From: Chiloscyllium plagiosum
Lineage: Eukaryota
Direction: 5' to 3'
DNA: 64,000 nt
Assembly: GCF_004010195.1 (NCBI RefSeq)
Contig: NC_057719.1
Span: 80,577,868 to 80,641,867 of the forward strand
Below are positions 39,175-53,019 of the stretch, piece by piece. Each line of letters opens with the position of its first letter. Position 1 is the first letter of the stretch. The notes under the pieces were generated by a model that saw only the letters and a list, made by a program, of their open reading frames with translations, made no database searches and was not told the DNA's origin. Both the position numbers and the translations under genes were made by a program.

Positions 39175-39711
39175 CCAATTGTTTCAAATTAGTGCGGAGA
39201 TGGATTTCAAGATGAAAACCAGGATCAGGATTCCAGAGAGGAGGTCTTCGCTCTCATGGTAAACAATGATCAGCACAATGGCACAGGCCGTGCAGCAGAG
39301 TGGAAGATCACAGCTCCAGTGCACAGAATGCAGCTGATGAATTACTCCAGCCCACTGCACACTCCGCCTACAAATTGGTGATCAATCAGTTCGGAATGCA
39401 TCTCAGGCTGATTCCACTCTCACTGCACTGAATGGGTACACCATCTCCTGGATTAAACATTCCAAGTCATTAATCCTAGCTTGTGTCTACAGGTCAGATG
39501 TATAATGCTTTTCACCAGGGCTAATGGATTCCTGTGATCTGTTTACCTCTTCCATTTGAAATTGTGCACTGCTTTCCCTTTGAAGTGCACAGCACCTCGG
39601 AGCGTTGGTTTAGCCAAGAAACATACACCCCGCCCGCAGTAGGATTGCGGATGGTTGAAGTTGCTCATTAACGTTACTGAATCTTTAAAGGATCAGACGT
39701 CGGAGGAAATA

Positions 39712-39727
39712 CTCGTCTTCCTTTCAG
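39712..39727 (+). promoter_or_regulatory. Putative 3' splice acceptor of the TMEM121 coding exon
   Basis: Polypyrimidine tract ctcgtcttcctttcAG ending 135 nt before the ATG; mammalian TMEM121 has its CDS in one exon after a non-coding exon. Confidence 0.55.
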
Positions 39728-39853
39728 AGCACAGAATCGGAGGCTATCGGCTTCATGCAAGCCATCCTACTCTGTAGGAGCTGCGACGCTTTGGCTGAGC
39801 TGTCTAGTTCATTAGTTGGTCAGGACCCCCTTGGAGTGCCGGGAGCTCCTTGA

Positions 39854-40801
<948 letters not shown>

Positions 40802-42208
40802 CACAAATGTGGCAAAGCAGTGCATCGTAACACACTGGGGGCCTGGGCAGAGGAGTTGGTGGGCCAACTGGAAGGAAACAACGCCGGACTTTAGCTAACC
40901 CTGTCCAAAAATGTTGTGTGGATGGGCAGCCAATGATCTGTGTTCATCCTGTCTCTCACTTCCCCCTCCTCCTTTTGGTCTTCAGTCACCAGCCTCTTAC
41001 TACATCTCAGGTACAATGTGGAAAACCAAGGGAATGAACGGAGCTGTGGAATGGTACCATAAATTCTTCAAACTATAACTAAAGGTTTGGATGGAAACTC
41101 TAGCTTGAACTCACCACGAGAGGCTGCAACACAATGCATTTATTTTCCACAGCTGACGGCGCATTGGTTTGTCGTTCTAAAGACATGAGACTTTTCAACT
41201 TTCTAATGTACGAATTAACATGTTTAAGTGACTGTTTTACAAACATATTTTGAGGTGCAGCTGTATTTTCGGAACAGAATATTTAAATTATTTCATAAAT
41301 CTCTGTCAAATTTTAAAGGCAGGAGGAAGATTGGAGGTGGAAAGGCAAACAGCGAAACATGTTTTGATATGTGACATATCGCCCTTGAATCATCACCCTT
41401 TTCTTTTGGGGTTGGTGACACCTCATGTGCTGTCCTTCACTTCCTTTGCACTTGCAAACTCACGATTGTAATTAAACCTGGACTTCTGCAATTCTAGTGA
41501 AAATTGCTCAGTACTTCTGAAACGTTGACCTGAATCATTCTTATTGGAAGCTGCTGTCTCATACTATTGCCCCAGCACTTACAACACATTGACGTTAGGC
41601 TCCAGCTTACATCATGAGTAAACCATGAATTGCAACTCTTCCAAGCAGTGGGTCACTCTTCCTTATGGATAAGAGAAGGGAGTTCTCCCTCAATGTGAAG
41701 GAAACTGCCGTGAGTCCCACTTGACCTCTTTATCATGAAGGTCTACCGTATGCTTGATTATCATGTGAAAATCCAAACCACCAAGAGCTGCTGGTCAGTG
41801 TTACCCATTCAAGTCCAAATATAGATCCCAGACCAGAGTCATGGAGTGTGGGGGGGGCCAGGGAGTTGCCGAGATTACTCCGTAGGGATGATTGGGAAGG
41901 AGCTCGGCAGCAAGGTGACACTAAGTGGTTCTCCAGCCACCAAATACACCAACCCCCCCCCCCCACCCCCAATACTGGGAACCTTGATCCAGCCCCTCTG
42001 AGGTGAGTCCTACCTCACTTCACCTCCAAACCTACCCCCCCCGCCCCCCCCCACCACCACCACCCCTTTCCGCCCCATCCTACAGACCAGAGCTGGAATG
42101 CTGTGAAACTGGAGCAGTTTGGAATTATTTGTCTAAAGAAAGATGTACTGGCATTGGAGGCAGTCCAGGGAGGGTTGACAAGGCAGATCCTGGGAATGAA
42201 TGGACTGT

Positions 42209-42405
42209 GAGGAGAAAGTGAGGACTGCAGATGCTGGAGATCAGAGCTGAAAATGTATTGCTGGAAAAGCGCAGCAGGTCAGGCAGCATCCAAGGAGCAG
42301 GAGAATCGACGTTTCCTGAAGAAGGGCTCATGCCCGAAACGTCGATTCTCCTGTTCCTTGGAGGCTGCCTGACCTGCTGCGCTTTTCCAGCAATACATTT
42401 TCAGC
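42209..42405. mobile_element. Penelope-like short insertion (family B), inverted pair forming a 70-bp hairpin, nested in an old CR1 remnant
   Basis: Perfect 14-bp TSD aatgaatggactgt (42195-42208, 42406-42419); intact core ctgaaga-a-gggc-tcat-gccc-gaaac-gtc at 42316-42343. Confidence 0.88.
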
Positions 42406-42942
42406 AATGAATGGACTGTACTCACTAGGGTTCAGAAGAATGCGAGGCGACCTCATCGAAACATGGATGATTCTTAGGGAACTTGACAGAGTAGATGTTG
42501 CAAACACATAGATAGGTACATGAATGGGAAAGGTTTGGGAGGGGTGGGGGGAGCATGGGCTGGGATCAGGCAAGTGGGAGTTGTTGAGTTTTGGGATTAT
42601 ATCTGGTATAGACTGGTTGGACTGTGAAGGGTCTGTTTCTATGCCGTATGGCTCTATGTGAGGAGATTGTTATCCATTTTGGGAGAGTTTAAAACCAGAG
42701 AGCAAACTCAAAGGAAAAGGAGTCACCTGGTTAGGATAGAGATGAGGAAAATTCCACCCCCACCCACAGGAGGCCAGTGAATCTGAGGAAGTCTGTACTG
42801 CGGAGGGCTATAGAGGCTGGGTTCTAGGCTGAGATGGACAGAATTTTAAATCAGGGAGGGAATCAAGGGTTATGGTGGAAAGGCAGGAACGTGGTGTTGA
42901 GGATTATCATGAAATCATCGGGAGGAAACTCAAGGCCAAATG

Positions 42943-43075
42943 AGCGGAAGTGAATACTGCAGAGGCTGGAGATTAGAGTGTTGCTGGAAAAGCACAGCAG
43001 GTCAGGCAGCATCCGAGGAGCAGGAAAATCAACTTTTTGGATGTCAATTTTCCTGCTCCTCTGATTCGAATCTTG
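42943..43075. mobile_element. Penelope-like short insertion (family B), inverted pair, hammerhead core absent
   Basis: 15-bp TSD actc(a/t)aggccaaatg (42928-42942, 43076-43090); gaggagcaggaaaat / attttcctgctcctc inverted junction. Confidence 0.7.
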
Positions 43076-43307
43076 ACTCTAGGCCAAATGGCCTAGTTCT
43101 CCTATGTCTTATGGTTTTGTTTCTGAAACCAATAATCATTTGGAACAGAATTAAGAGTCACATGGAAAAAAATGTGGATTGATTGGAAAAGTCATCATGG
43201 ATTTATTAAATGAAAATCATGTCTGTCTAACTTCTTAGAAGAGGCAACAGAGAGGGTTGCTGAGGGGAAGGCTATTGGTGAGGTGTACGTGGACACGAGA
43301 CTTGTGG

Positions 43308-43736
43308 TTTTATTTTATCACTCGTGGGATGTGGGCAATACTGGCTGGACCAGCATTTAATGCCCATCCCTAAGAAGGTGGTGATGAGCTGCTTTCTTGA
43401 GTTGCTGTAGTCCACCCGCTGTAGGTTGGTCCACAATGCCGTTAAGGGAGGAAATTCCAAAATTTTGACAGTGAAGGAACAGCGATAAAGTTTCAAGTCA
43501 GGATGGTGAGCGGCTTGAAGGGGGACTTGCCGTTGGTGGTGTTCCCATGCATCTGCTGCCCTTTTCCTTCTAGATGGAAGTGGTTGTGGGTTTGGAAGGT
43601 GTTGTCTAAGGAGCCTTGGTGAATTCTGCAGTGCATCTCGTAGATAGTATACACTGCTGCTACTGAGCAGCAGTGGTGGATGGAGTGGATACTTGTGGAT
43701 ATGGTACCAATCGAGTGGGCTGCTTTGTCCTGGATG
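43308..43736 (-). mobile_element. CR1-group (L2/Crack-like) LINE 3' fragment; partner of SINE family 2
   Basis: Minus-strand NSPRLLRQHLPNP, homologous to 5360-6131; tail ttagggatgggcattaaatgctggtccagccag matches the SINE tail. Confidence 0.75.
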
Positions 43737-43978
43737 GAAAGTTAGACTATAGAATGAAGAAGGACAGTAGTAAAGTGGATACAGAGTTAGCTGAGGGATA
43801 AGAAACATAGAATAATGGCTAATGGGTATTTTTCAGGCTGGAAAAAGATAATGGAGCTCATCAGGGGTCATGTTAGGAACTTTGCCTTGCATGATATACA
43901 TAAATGATCAAGAACTTGGATGCACGAGACAATTTGAGTTTGCAAATGAGGCAAAACTTAGGAGAATTGTAAACTTTA

Positions 43979-44310
43979 GTGTGACACGGTGGTTCAGTGG
44001 TTAGATGTACACAGGGCCAGGGTTTGATTCTACCCTTGGGTGACTGTGTGGAGTTTGCACATTCTCCCTGCATCTGCGTGGGTTTCCTTTGGGTGCTCCA
44101 GTTTCCTCCCACGGTCCAAAGATGTGTACGTTAGGTGGATTGCCCATGCTAAATTGCCCATCGTGTCCTATGGTGTTCAGGCTAGCGATGGGAAATGGAG
44201 GGTTACAGCGATAGGTTAGAGGGGTGGGTCTGAGAGGGTTATTCAGAGGGTTGTTGTGAACTTGATGGGCTGAATGGCCTGCTTCCCCACTCTAGAGATT
44301 CTACAATTCT
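43979..44310 (+). mobile_element. HE1-like V-SINE within an old fragmented CR1 (about 43130-45085, plus)
   Basis: HE1 head, V-domain and tail; flanks carry decayed CR1 RT motifs (catggattt...aaatcatgtctgtctaact, gagttctgggtgccacac). Confidence 0.8.
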
Positions 44311-46905
44311 TTGAGGAGGACTGTGTGGCACTTCAAAAGGACAGCAGACACATTGATGGATGAGGTGGATAAGGGAAATATGAAGTGTAAATGGAATATA
44401 AAGAAGATGGAGAGACAGTGCAAAGGAAAGGGGACTATTCTAAAAGGTGTTCAGGAGCAGAGAAAACAGGGTGTATATGTGTATAAGTTATTAAATGTGA
44501 CAGGTCAAGTAGAGGGTATACAGTATTCAGGTTTCAATATGACAGGCATAGGGTAGTGGAGCAGGGAGGTTAAGCTGAAATCACAGGAGACACTGCACAA
44601 CATTCCAGGTGAGATTTATCCAGAGTTCTGGGTGCCACACTATGGAAAGATGTGAATGCACTAGCCAGCATACAGAAGAGGTTTACGAGAATCGATCCAG
44701 TGCTGAGGGTAGATTAGAAAGAGGAGATACATTTTGAAAACTCTGATAGAGTTTTCAAAATCAGGAAAGGTCTGGACAAAGCAGACAGGGAGAAATACAC
44801 TCAAGCAGATCTGAAACTGTTGCCGCTTGTTCTGAAGCATGTTACAAATTTGTACACGCGAGGTTAGAAAAACCCCTTTACACTCAGCAAGTAATTAGTG
44901 TCTGGAATACACTGCCTGGAAGTGAGGTATTCAAGAGGGTATTGGATGATTGATTCTTTTTAAACAGGGTTGGGTGAAAAGGCAAAAGTTGACACTAGGT
45001 TAAAATGTTCCAAGAGCCATTGCAGACATTATGGGCTGAATGGCCTCCTCCTGCATCAAACCAGTTCAGTGATTCTATGATTTGACAGTGGTGATGAAGC
45101 ACCCTCATTGGTCAAAGATGTGAAATTGTGAAAAGAATTAAAGAATGAACCACCATTTTTAATAAGTAGCCACCCGTTATTGGGGTTTACGAAGCATATT
45201 GTTAAGCTAATGTTTGTAAAGGACGAACACTGAGGCAGAGTAAAGCACTTATTTAATTTTCAGTCCGGAGCCACATGATTTCAAGGTCCTGTGCTTGTTT
45301 GTTTTATGTTCTCAGACTGTCCTTGCCATTACTGGGAAAACTGTCAGTCACTCTAACCCTGTCACTTTCTGAACTGCAAGACATTATTTTGGCTGTCTGT
45401 GATTTGTCTAACAGGGAGATTATTGGAAAACCAAGTTGATTTGCTGAAGCAAAATTAACCTTATTTGTTTGACAAACACCACAGGCCTGATACTGAAGTA
45501 ATCAAAGGATAAATAAGATATGCAAAACCACGTAGCTAAAGAATGTGTTACGGTTTAGATGATGATCATTAATACAATCAACGCTATTAAAACTCTGCAT
45601 TTGATTTTCGCTCATGTTGTCTGCACAAAAATGGGTCCTCAGCTCGTTGTTTGCATTTCTTCATCGATTCACAATAAAACCTGGGTCATCGGTCACAACT
45701 TGTTTCAAATGAATGTAATTCAGCCAATCGTGCTCTTGCTTCAGTGTTGGAAAGAATTGGAGGGGTGGGGTGGGTGGGGTGGTATTAAACCCCGTGAACA
45801 ACCCGATCTGAAATCCCACAGCCCCACGTTGAGAAAGCAGAGATGAATTCCAGAATGGGAACGTCTCACAGTTTTCCCCCTCAGAGACGGGATGGCCTGA
45901 CCTAGTGAGCTGCTGGTCAATGAGATTGGAACCAGCAATCAAGCAGGGGCCAGCACTGGCAGGACAAGACACCAGAAGGTCCCATTGCACCAGTTTGAAG
46001 ATGGCGAGGGGGGAGCTGGGATTCTAGAGCTATATAGATCTCCTTCAAATCAGACAACACTCTGGGTCATTGTCACTCTGCTGTTTTGTAGGCTGCTGCT
46101 GTGCACAATAAGGTACTACATTTCTCCACGCCACAACAGTGAAGACAACTTCAGAAGTATTTGCTGTCAGTAGAACTGGGACGGCCTGAGATTTGCAGAG
46201 GTGCTATATAGAAGTAGGCGTTTTCCCACAATTTTAACAATCTTATTGTATTTCCTTGTTTGATTCCATTAATTTGGTCTGTCAGAAATATGAAAATCAT
46301 CTTTTTTTTTTAAATCTTGGCTTCAACGTTTTCATCTGGGTTAGAATGAAACTTAAGAGATGTTAACCTGGCAGGGAGAAGGCAATGGTATAACTCACTC
46401 ACTGCCACAGACATGCCCCCATTTCTTCCTCTTCAGGCTTTCAGTCATTGTCAAAACTAATAGAAGTATGTAGCAATATCCATACCAGCAGGTAACCTTA
46501 CTGCCAACAGCCAGTAACAGACAAAGGTATCTGCCAGTCGTGAGGTCTATTAATGTGAACGCCATCACTGCTTCACAAGATAGAGTTCAGATTTTGTCAG
46601 CATTGATTCGAGTGATATGGCTCCCAGCTAACACACAACTGACATTCCAAATAGAATTACGTTGAACTGGCAACACAGAAACAGTTTCCAACATCTCTGT
46701 GGTGATATTTATGCTCCTCTGCTGGGTGTTATCCTTATCTTCCTTGATATTTCATATTTAGCTTCCTCTTACCTGGAAATTACAGACCGAATAAAAATGT
46801 CAGCCAAATCTAACAGGCCTTCAACACAGTGAAAGTTAAAATTCCCGCGACGCGTCCACTTCTTGGGAAACTCACTCGTGTATCCAGCAACTCATTCCGT
46901 GCAAC

Positions 46906-47176
46906 AATCATAGAATCTCTGCAGCGTGAAAGCAGGCCATTCAGCCCATCTAGCCTACACCCACTCTCCAAAGAGCATCTGTATCCCTGTACCCTTCATT
47001 TCCCATGGCTAGTCCACTTAAGCTGCACATTTTTGGACTGCGGGAGCACCCAGCGGAAACCCGCCCACGGGGAGAATGTGCAAACTCCACACAGACACTT
47101 GCCCGAGGCTAGGAGTGAACTTAGGTCCCTGGTGCTGTGAAGCATCAGTGCTAACCACTGAACCACCATACCACCC
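46906..47176 (-). mobile_element. HE1-like V-SINE
   Basis: Reverse complement of HE1 with internal deletions. Confidence 0.85.
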
Positions 47177-48050
47177 TGGGTTATGATTCCCCTCCATTCA
47201 CTTGCCTAGGTTTATTATGGTAATCATTATTCCACCTTAAGAAAAACCTAATTGCTTTTGATTTATGTTTTTTATTAAGTATAATGTATTCACAGAAAAT
47301 AGACAAAAGGCAATTGAAATGCCAATGAACAAATTTAGTATTAACTTTCCAGAGAGATTGTAAGCAATAAATTCAATACTAACTGGCCTCCGTAATCAAT
47401 AAACCCCTCACACCAATTGTGCTAAGGAGTCTGTCGTTCCACTGGGTTACCTAACGTGAAAAAGGCTCACACGATAAAAGGAGACAAGTTGAAGCTTTTT
47501 GTTTGCAGTCATCAGAATTAGGATGCAAGAAACCAACTGGAAAAAAGGGGATATCAATTCCTATAATTCAAGTCCTACAGTTTGAGGAAAAGGGCACTGC
47601 TTGGTCGAGCCATCGTTGGCATGGAGATGCAGTAAGAACAGTTAACTGTCAGACTTGATTCCTTTTTTTTTCTTTTTTTTGTTCACTTTCAGAGACCGGG
47701 CAGTGTCAGAGGCGTCTTACTCGAGGAGAAATCATTCACATGCCCCTGATTTGTTTTTGTGTTTGTGTTTTTCCCTGTTTATTTTGTAAAAATTATTTTA
47801 TAAAAATTATTTTATTAAACAATTACAAAAGAGTTTATAAAATGCAGTTAACATTTACAGCTGTATACAGGAGACAGCAAATTTTACAAGGGAGAGGAAA
47901 AGCAAAACCAGGCCCCAAACCCTACCGTTCAACCAGTTTACAGGGAAATGAGGACAAACCTCAAATCCCCAGACTTGGTTCTTAGATGAAGCAGTTGGTC
48001 TCGGTATTGCCATGGAAATGCAACAGAGCTTGATAGTCTCCATGACCCCT

Positions 48051-48351
48051 TTTAGATTACTTACAGTGTGGAAACAGGCCCTTCGGCCCAACAAGTCCAC
48101 ACCAACCTGCCGAAGCATAACCCACCCAGACCCATACTCCTACGTTTACCCCTTCACCTAACACTACGGGCAATTTAGCATGGCCAATTCACCTAACCTG
48201 CACATTTTTGGACTGTGGGAGGAAACCGGAGCACCCGGAGGAAACCCACGCAGATACGGGGAGAATGTGCAACACAGAGAGTCGCCTGAGGCGGGAATTG
48301 AACCCGGGTCTCTGGCGCTGTGAGGCAGTTGTGCTAACCACTGTGCCGCCC
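48051..48351 (-). mobile_element. HE1-like V-SINE, apparently young
   Basis: Near-consensus, CpG-retaining copy with (tctaa) tail. Confidence 0.9.
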
Positions 48352-50049
48352 ACAAAACCAGGCCCGTTCAATAGGTTTACAGGGAAATGAAAAAAGTTGC
48401 GAAGTGTGTGCAAATTCCTTTTGCGTACTCAAGATAGGGTCCTATTGTTAGTACATGCATCACAATTCATAAGAATCTTGAATTATTTTCCAGTTTATTT
48501 CTTAGCACAGTCGGAGTTATTTAATAAATAATGACCAATACAGGAATCACACCTAATGGTGGCACAGAGTATTCTGAGGCTGGCAAACTTAGGCTTAAGC
48601 GTGATTGACATGTTTTCCACTGTGACTACTCCATAGGATAAGGTCCACCATTTCTTGGGGCATATGGCCTACATATCTAGCATCGTTCTGGCACTAAAAC
48701 ACGTATCAGTTAGTGTGGTGGGCAGAATATCGTTTTGACTTTATGGTAGCATCCTGTTAGTGAGCTCACAAACTACATGTGTTTATCGCAAAGCAGCAGC
48801 GTGAGACAGCTCGCTTCACCTGCGGTTCAGGAGAGAACTGCCCACCTCTCAGGATAGCACGAGGACTCTGTTTCCACGTGGACCAAAAGGAATTTGGACA
48901 TGCATTACACCTTCCGTTGAAGAGTGGGTTCACGAAAGCTGCCAATCATTGCCACAATTCCATGGCACCACTTGGACCATTCAGTGTCTACTTGCCTGGT
49001 CAGAAAAATAAGATCGGCCGTCAACTGTTCCCGCTGCATTTTGGTGCCTATTAGGGCCCAACCAAGTAGCATGCTCTTCTCATGCTGTATAAATTGGTGT
49101 CCCCATTTTTCCAAGTGCTTTTCTTGCATTTGAGTTCTGATGAGTGCAAGAGCAAAATGCTCAATTGCAGGCATCCTTTGTTTACAACTCCACAACCTTT
49201 TTCATTGAAAAAGGGTCATGGAGATGTTTAAATTCACTCATACCACCCAATTATAGAATATCAGTCGGCACTCCTAGCCAAATTTTGAATACAAGAAGAT
49301 AATCATGACTTACTATTTAAAGCAAGGCCAAGTCTCCCTATATCTGGAACTTGATTTTATTACATGTACTGAAATACAGAAGTACATTGAAAAGTGTAAA
49401 CTGTCGCCACACACGGTGCCATCTTTGCATCTTAGGTGTAAATACCTACACACAGAATCCGAAGATCAAGGCAGAAGGAAAGAACTAAGTTTAAAGTTAA
49501 ACATTGCAGTGATTATAGTGTAAACTGTATGAAACAAGGTTAGAAGTTACACATTGCAGACCTTAAGTTGAAAATAAAGTAATAAAGCTCGAAGTTCAAA
49601 TATTACAAAACCTCTTGCAGTACTGTCCAGTCTGTCAAGTTTGCTGATCTAACTCCGTCAACAACAGTGAAAAAGTCACCCACAGTATCCACCTCGAAAA
49701 TATGTTTGCTTCCAAAACCAACTTGAACATCTGGACTATTGTTTTGATTAAAAACTATTTTGTCAATAACTAATATTATCAATGGCTACAATTACATCAA
49801 TTTGTAAATTATTATTTAATGCCTTTATCCATACATTCTGCTGGTACATTAATATGTATACCAGATTTAAAGGGGTGTCCGGTGTTACACAGTAATATGT
49901 TGCTCAAAACACGCTGTCCAATAAGACATCCATTACTGCCTTACAACAGAACTTTTACTGAGGTCTTCACCTGACCACATACCCAAGGGGACACCAGAAT
50001 TGTACTGAAATGTTAGGACCTCACCTAGGTGGAGACCAAAACCTCAAAT

Positions 50050-50802
50050 CAGCCAGTGGTTGGCCACCCGACCAAAGAATGCAAGGAGGAAAAAAACTGC
50101 AATCTGTGCGGGGAGGCGGGCCACGTGTACAAGGCCTGCCCAAGACGAGGGGCCACCACCTATGCGCAGATGGCCGGAGGTGGGCCACAAAAGGACGGCA
50201 AGGCACCGCAAACCAGCAAGGGAATGGTGTCTGGGGGCACGCAAAAGGAAGGACAGGCCGGAGCAGAGCAGATGACAGCTACTGGAGAGGGACAGCTGCC
50301 GAGCGAAGCTCCGACAGGACAGGTGGAGGAAGAGGAGGTAAAGAAGGGAAAGAAGGAGGCAGAGGAATGGACCGTGGTGCAAAACAAGAGGAGGAAAACC
50401 CACCCGGCCACCAAGACCTCCCAGAAAAAGGGGAAAAGGCAGCTGCAAGGGGAAGACACGGACAGTTCTTCGGAGGGTGAGGACGGGCGTAAGGAGGGCC
50501 GCCACCAAAAGAAGAGGAGAAAGGAGAGCAGCAACTGCCAACCAAGGGATGAACCTCCTGAGGAAATGGGAAACCACCACCCCCTACCAGGTGAAAGCCA
50601 GGAGGGCCCCACCGCCACACAGCTCCAGGTCACTGGGAGCAGCGACCCTCTGACAGCCCCGCTGTCAGATATAGAAACAGACAGCGTGGACCCTGGTTGC
50701 GGCCCGATGACACTGAAGCGGGCAAATGGGCCGAGTGAGGAGCTGGACAGCTACCTCAGCCCTGCGAGGGTCCAGCAGTTTGTGTTCTGCATGGGGAAGT
50801 AG
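50050..50802 (+). pseudogene. Tx1 ORF1 C-terminal part (gag-like zinc knuckles)
   Basis: GHPTKEC...CNLCGEAGHVYKAC, followed by a basic WTVVQNKRRK region. Confidence 0.8.
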
Positions 50803-50869
50803 ACAGCTACCCCAGAGGGGCAGGACCAGCGACAATCGGACATGGGTAACTTTACAACTTGTTAAAAAA

Positions 50870-52357
50870 ATGGTGTTAAAAATTGCAAGTATTAATGTGC
50901 GCAGCATAAAATCTGCTGCGCGATGTGTTTCAACACTGGCCTTCCTGGCCAACGTGAAAGCCGATGTTCTGTTTCTGCAGGAGTGTGGGATACCGCACCT
51001 CAGTAGTTACAGGAGATGGTCGAGCTTGTGGGCCCATGGGCCGTCAGTGTGGTCGGGGGGCAACGATAACCGCTCCTCAGGCCTGGGTATCCTGTTGCGG
51101 GGAGGCAACTTCACCATCTCAGAGATTAAGGAGGTTCTGAGCGGGCACCTCCTCATCGCTGATGTTACATACAGAAACGCTCCCGTGAGACGAATCAACG
51201 TGTACGCCCCAGCGGGTAAGAGTGAACGGGTTGACCGTCCTGCAACAGCTTCCTCAGAGATACGATCGCCCACGTGCAGGACAGGGGGGTGGACACCTGC
51301 CTCATCAGCCTGGACCAGGAGAAAGCCTTTGACAGGATATCACACAGGTATATGAGAGATGTTCTCTCCAAAATGGGCTTCGGGGAGGGAACCGGTAATT
51401 GGATCAGACTGCTCTACACCAACATTGTCAGTGCAGTCTCAATCAATGGGTGGGAATCAGATAGCTTCCCAGTCAGATCTGGAGTCAGGCAGGGCTGCCC
51501 TCTCTCCTGCCTTGTTTGTGTGCTGCATAGAGCCATTTGCCGAGTCCATCAAGAAGGATGAGAGCCTGAGAGGGGTGACTATTCCTGACAGCGGGGGCCT
51601 GCAGGTTAAGGCCGCCCTGTACATGGATGACGTCGCCGTTTTCTGCTCGGATCCCGCTGTCCGTGCGCAGACTCATGCGCATATGTGACCAGTTCGAACG
51701 GGCCTCGGGGGCCAAGGTAAACCGACGCAAGAGCGAGGCCATGCTCTTCGGGAACTGGGCCGACCAATCCTCGATCCCCTTCACCGTCAGGACTGCCCAC
51801 CTGAAGGTGCTGGGGATTTGGTTTGGGGGGTGCTGGGGTGTGCGCCAAGTCTTGGGAGGAACATATCAGCAAAGTGAGGCAGAAACTGGGCAGATGGAAG
51901 CTACGGTNNNNNNNNNNNNNNNNNNNNNNNNNNNNNNNNNNNNNNNNNNNNNNNNNNNNNNNNNNNNNNNNNNNNNNNNNNNNNNNNNNNNNNNNNNNNN
52001 NNNNNNNNNNNNNNNNNNNNNNNNNNNNNNNNNNNNNNNNNNNNNNNNNNNNNNNNNNNNNNNNNNNNNNNNNNNNNNNNNNTCCCGAGCAGCGCCGTGA
52101 CGCGGGACTCTGTGCTCTACGGCCTGTTCCCCGGGACGCACACCGAAACGAACATCACCTGCACCTGGAGGGTCATCAACTCGGTGAAGGACGCTCTCTG
52201 GGTGGTCCAAAACCTGTTGATCTTCCAGCTGAAGGAGTTGACCCCGACTGAGTGTTGCAGTCTGGCACATTCCAAGGTCCAGGACTACGTGTTGAGGGAC
52301 GCGCTGAAGCTTGGGGCAGCTGCCGCCAAGGCGCGGTGGGGAAAGACCACCGTGTAA
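50870..52357 (+). pseudogene. Tx1 ORF2 remnant (APE endonuclease plus RT)
   Basis: ASINVRS, LFLQE, INVYAP; then LDQEKAFDRISH, GVRQGCPLS, YMDDV; C-terminus YGLFPG...INSVKDALW; frameshifts, a large deletion near 51252 and an N gap. Confidence 0.88.
51908..52082. other. Assembly gap (175 N)
   Basis: Run of n; a second 15-N gap lies at 54060-54074. Confidence 1.
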
Positions 52358-53019
52358 CATCTGCCTGCCTAAGAAGAAGAGGGGGCCCACGCAGTCATTT
52401 GGGCTCCGCTGACGCCTCAGCTCAATGTAATCGCACCAACCTGTAAATAAGAACGATTACTCTGTTTCGATACGCAAAGAAATGGAATGTTTACATATGT
52501 ATGGCATGCCCAGTTGTATAGATCAAAGTATTTATGAATAAAGTATATTTTTGAAATAAAAAAAGTCCTCACTTTCTCCGAGTTAATTGGATGGCTGGAT
52601 TTGCAGAGTGATACCAACAGTGTGGGTTCAAATCCTGCACCAGCTGAGGTTACCCTTGCTGACATGTCCCCTCACCCAAACCCTGAAATTTCCTCCCATC
52701 ATCAACAGGGTCTTTAGGATGGGTGATCTGTGGACAACACATTCTACTGATCTGGAAGGGAGGGGACCTGTCTGTGAAAAGTGGGCCCTCCCAAAAATAA
52801 AGGTGAAGCTGAGCCATCATTAGTTCCCCAGCAGGGGACAAGAGTCCCAATTTCTTTACCCCATTTTCTTGATATCTCTCCTGGACCAGCTTTGACATTA
52901 AAGTTATGTTTGCATTTCTGATGACCCCCCACCAGAGGAAGTAGACTAACATTTCAAACATCTTGATTAAATCGCCTGTCAATCTTCTTATCGCAAGGCA
53001 ATGCAAGCTATGAACCTGT

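Larger units (their letters stand above)
50050..52564 (+). mobile_element. Tx1-clade (L1 group) non-LTR retrotransposon, 5'-truncated and internally deleted
   Basis: ORF1 end with CCHC knuckle, ORF2 with endonuclease and RT, 3' UTR with two AATAAA and an A-tail; GC/CpG-rich compared with flanks. Confidence 0.88.

Noticed and set aside
41471..41476. ATTAAA as the TMEM121 poly(A) signal
   Set aside because: Plausible, but cannot be distinguished from chance without transcript data.
41950..42080. C-runs with G-quadruplex potential on the minus strand
   Set aside because: Low-complexity homopolymers are common and error-prone; no supporting context.
47900..48392. Short duplicated motif aaaaccaggccc...gtttacagggaaatga on both sides of an HE1 SINE
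   Set aside because: Not flush with the SINE ends, so not a TSD; probably an internal repeat of an old unclassified element.
50010..50633. Several long overlapping ORFs on both strands
   Set aside because: Expected in the GC-rich Tx1 ORF1 region; only the zinc-knuckle frame is meaningful.
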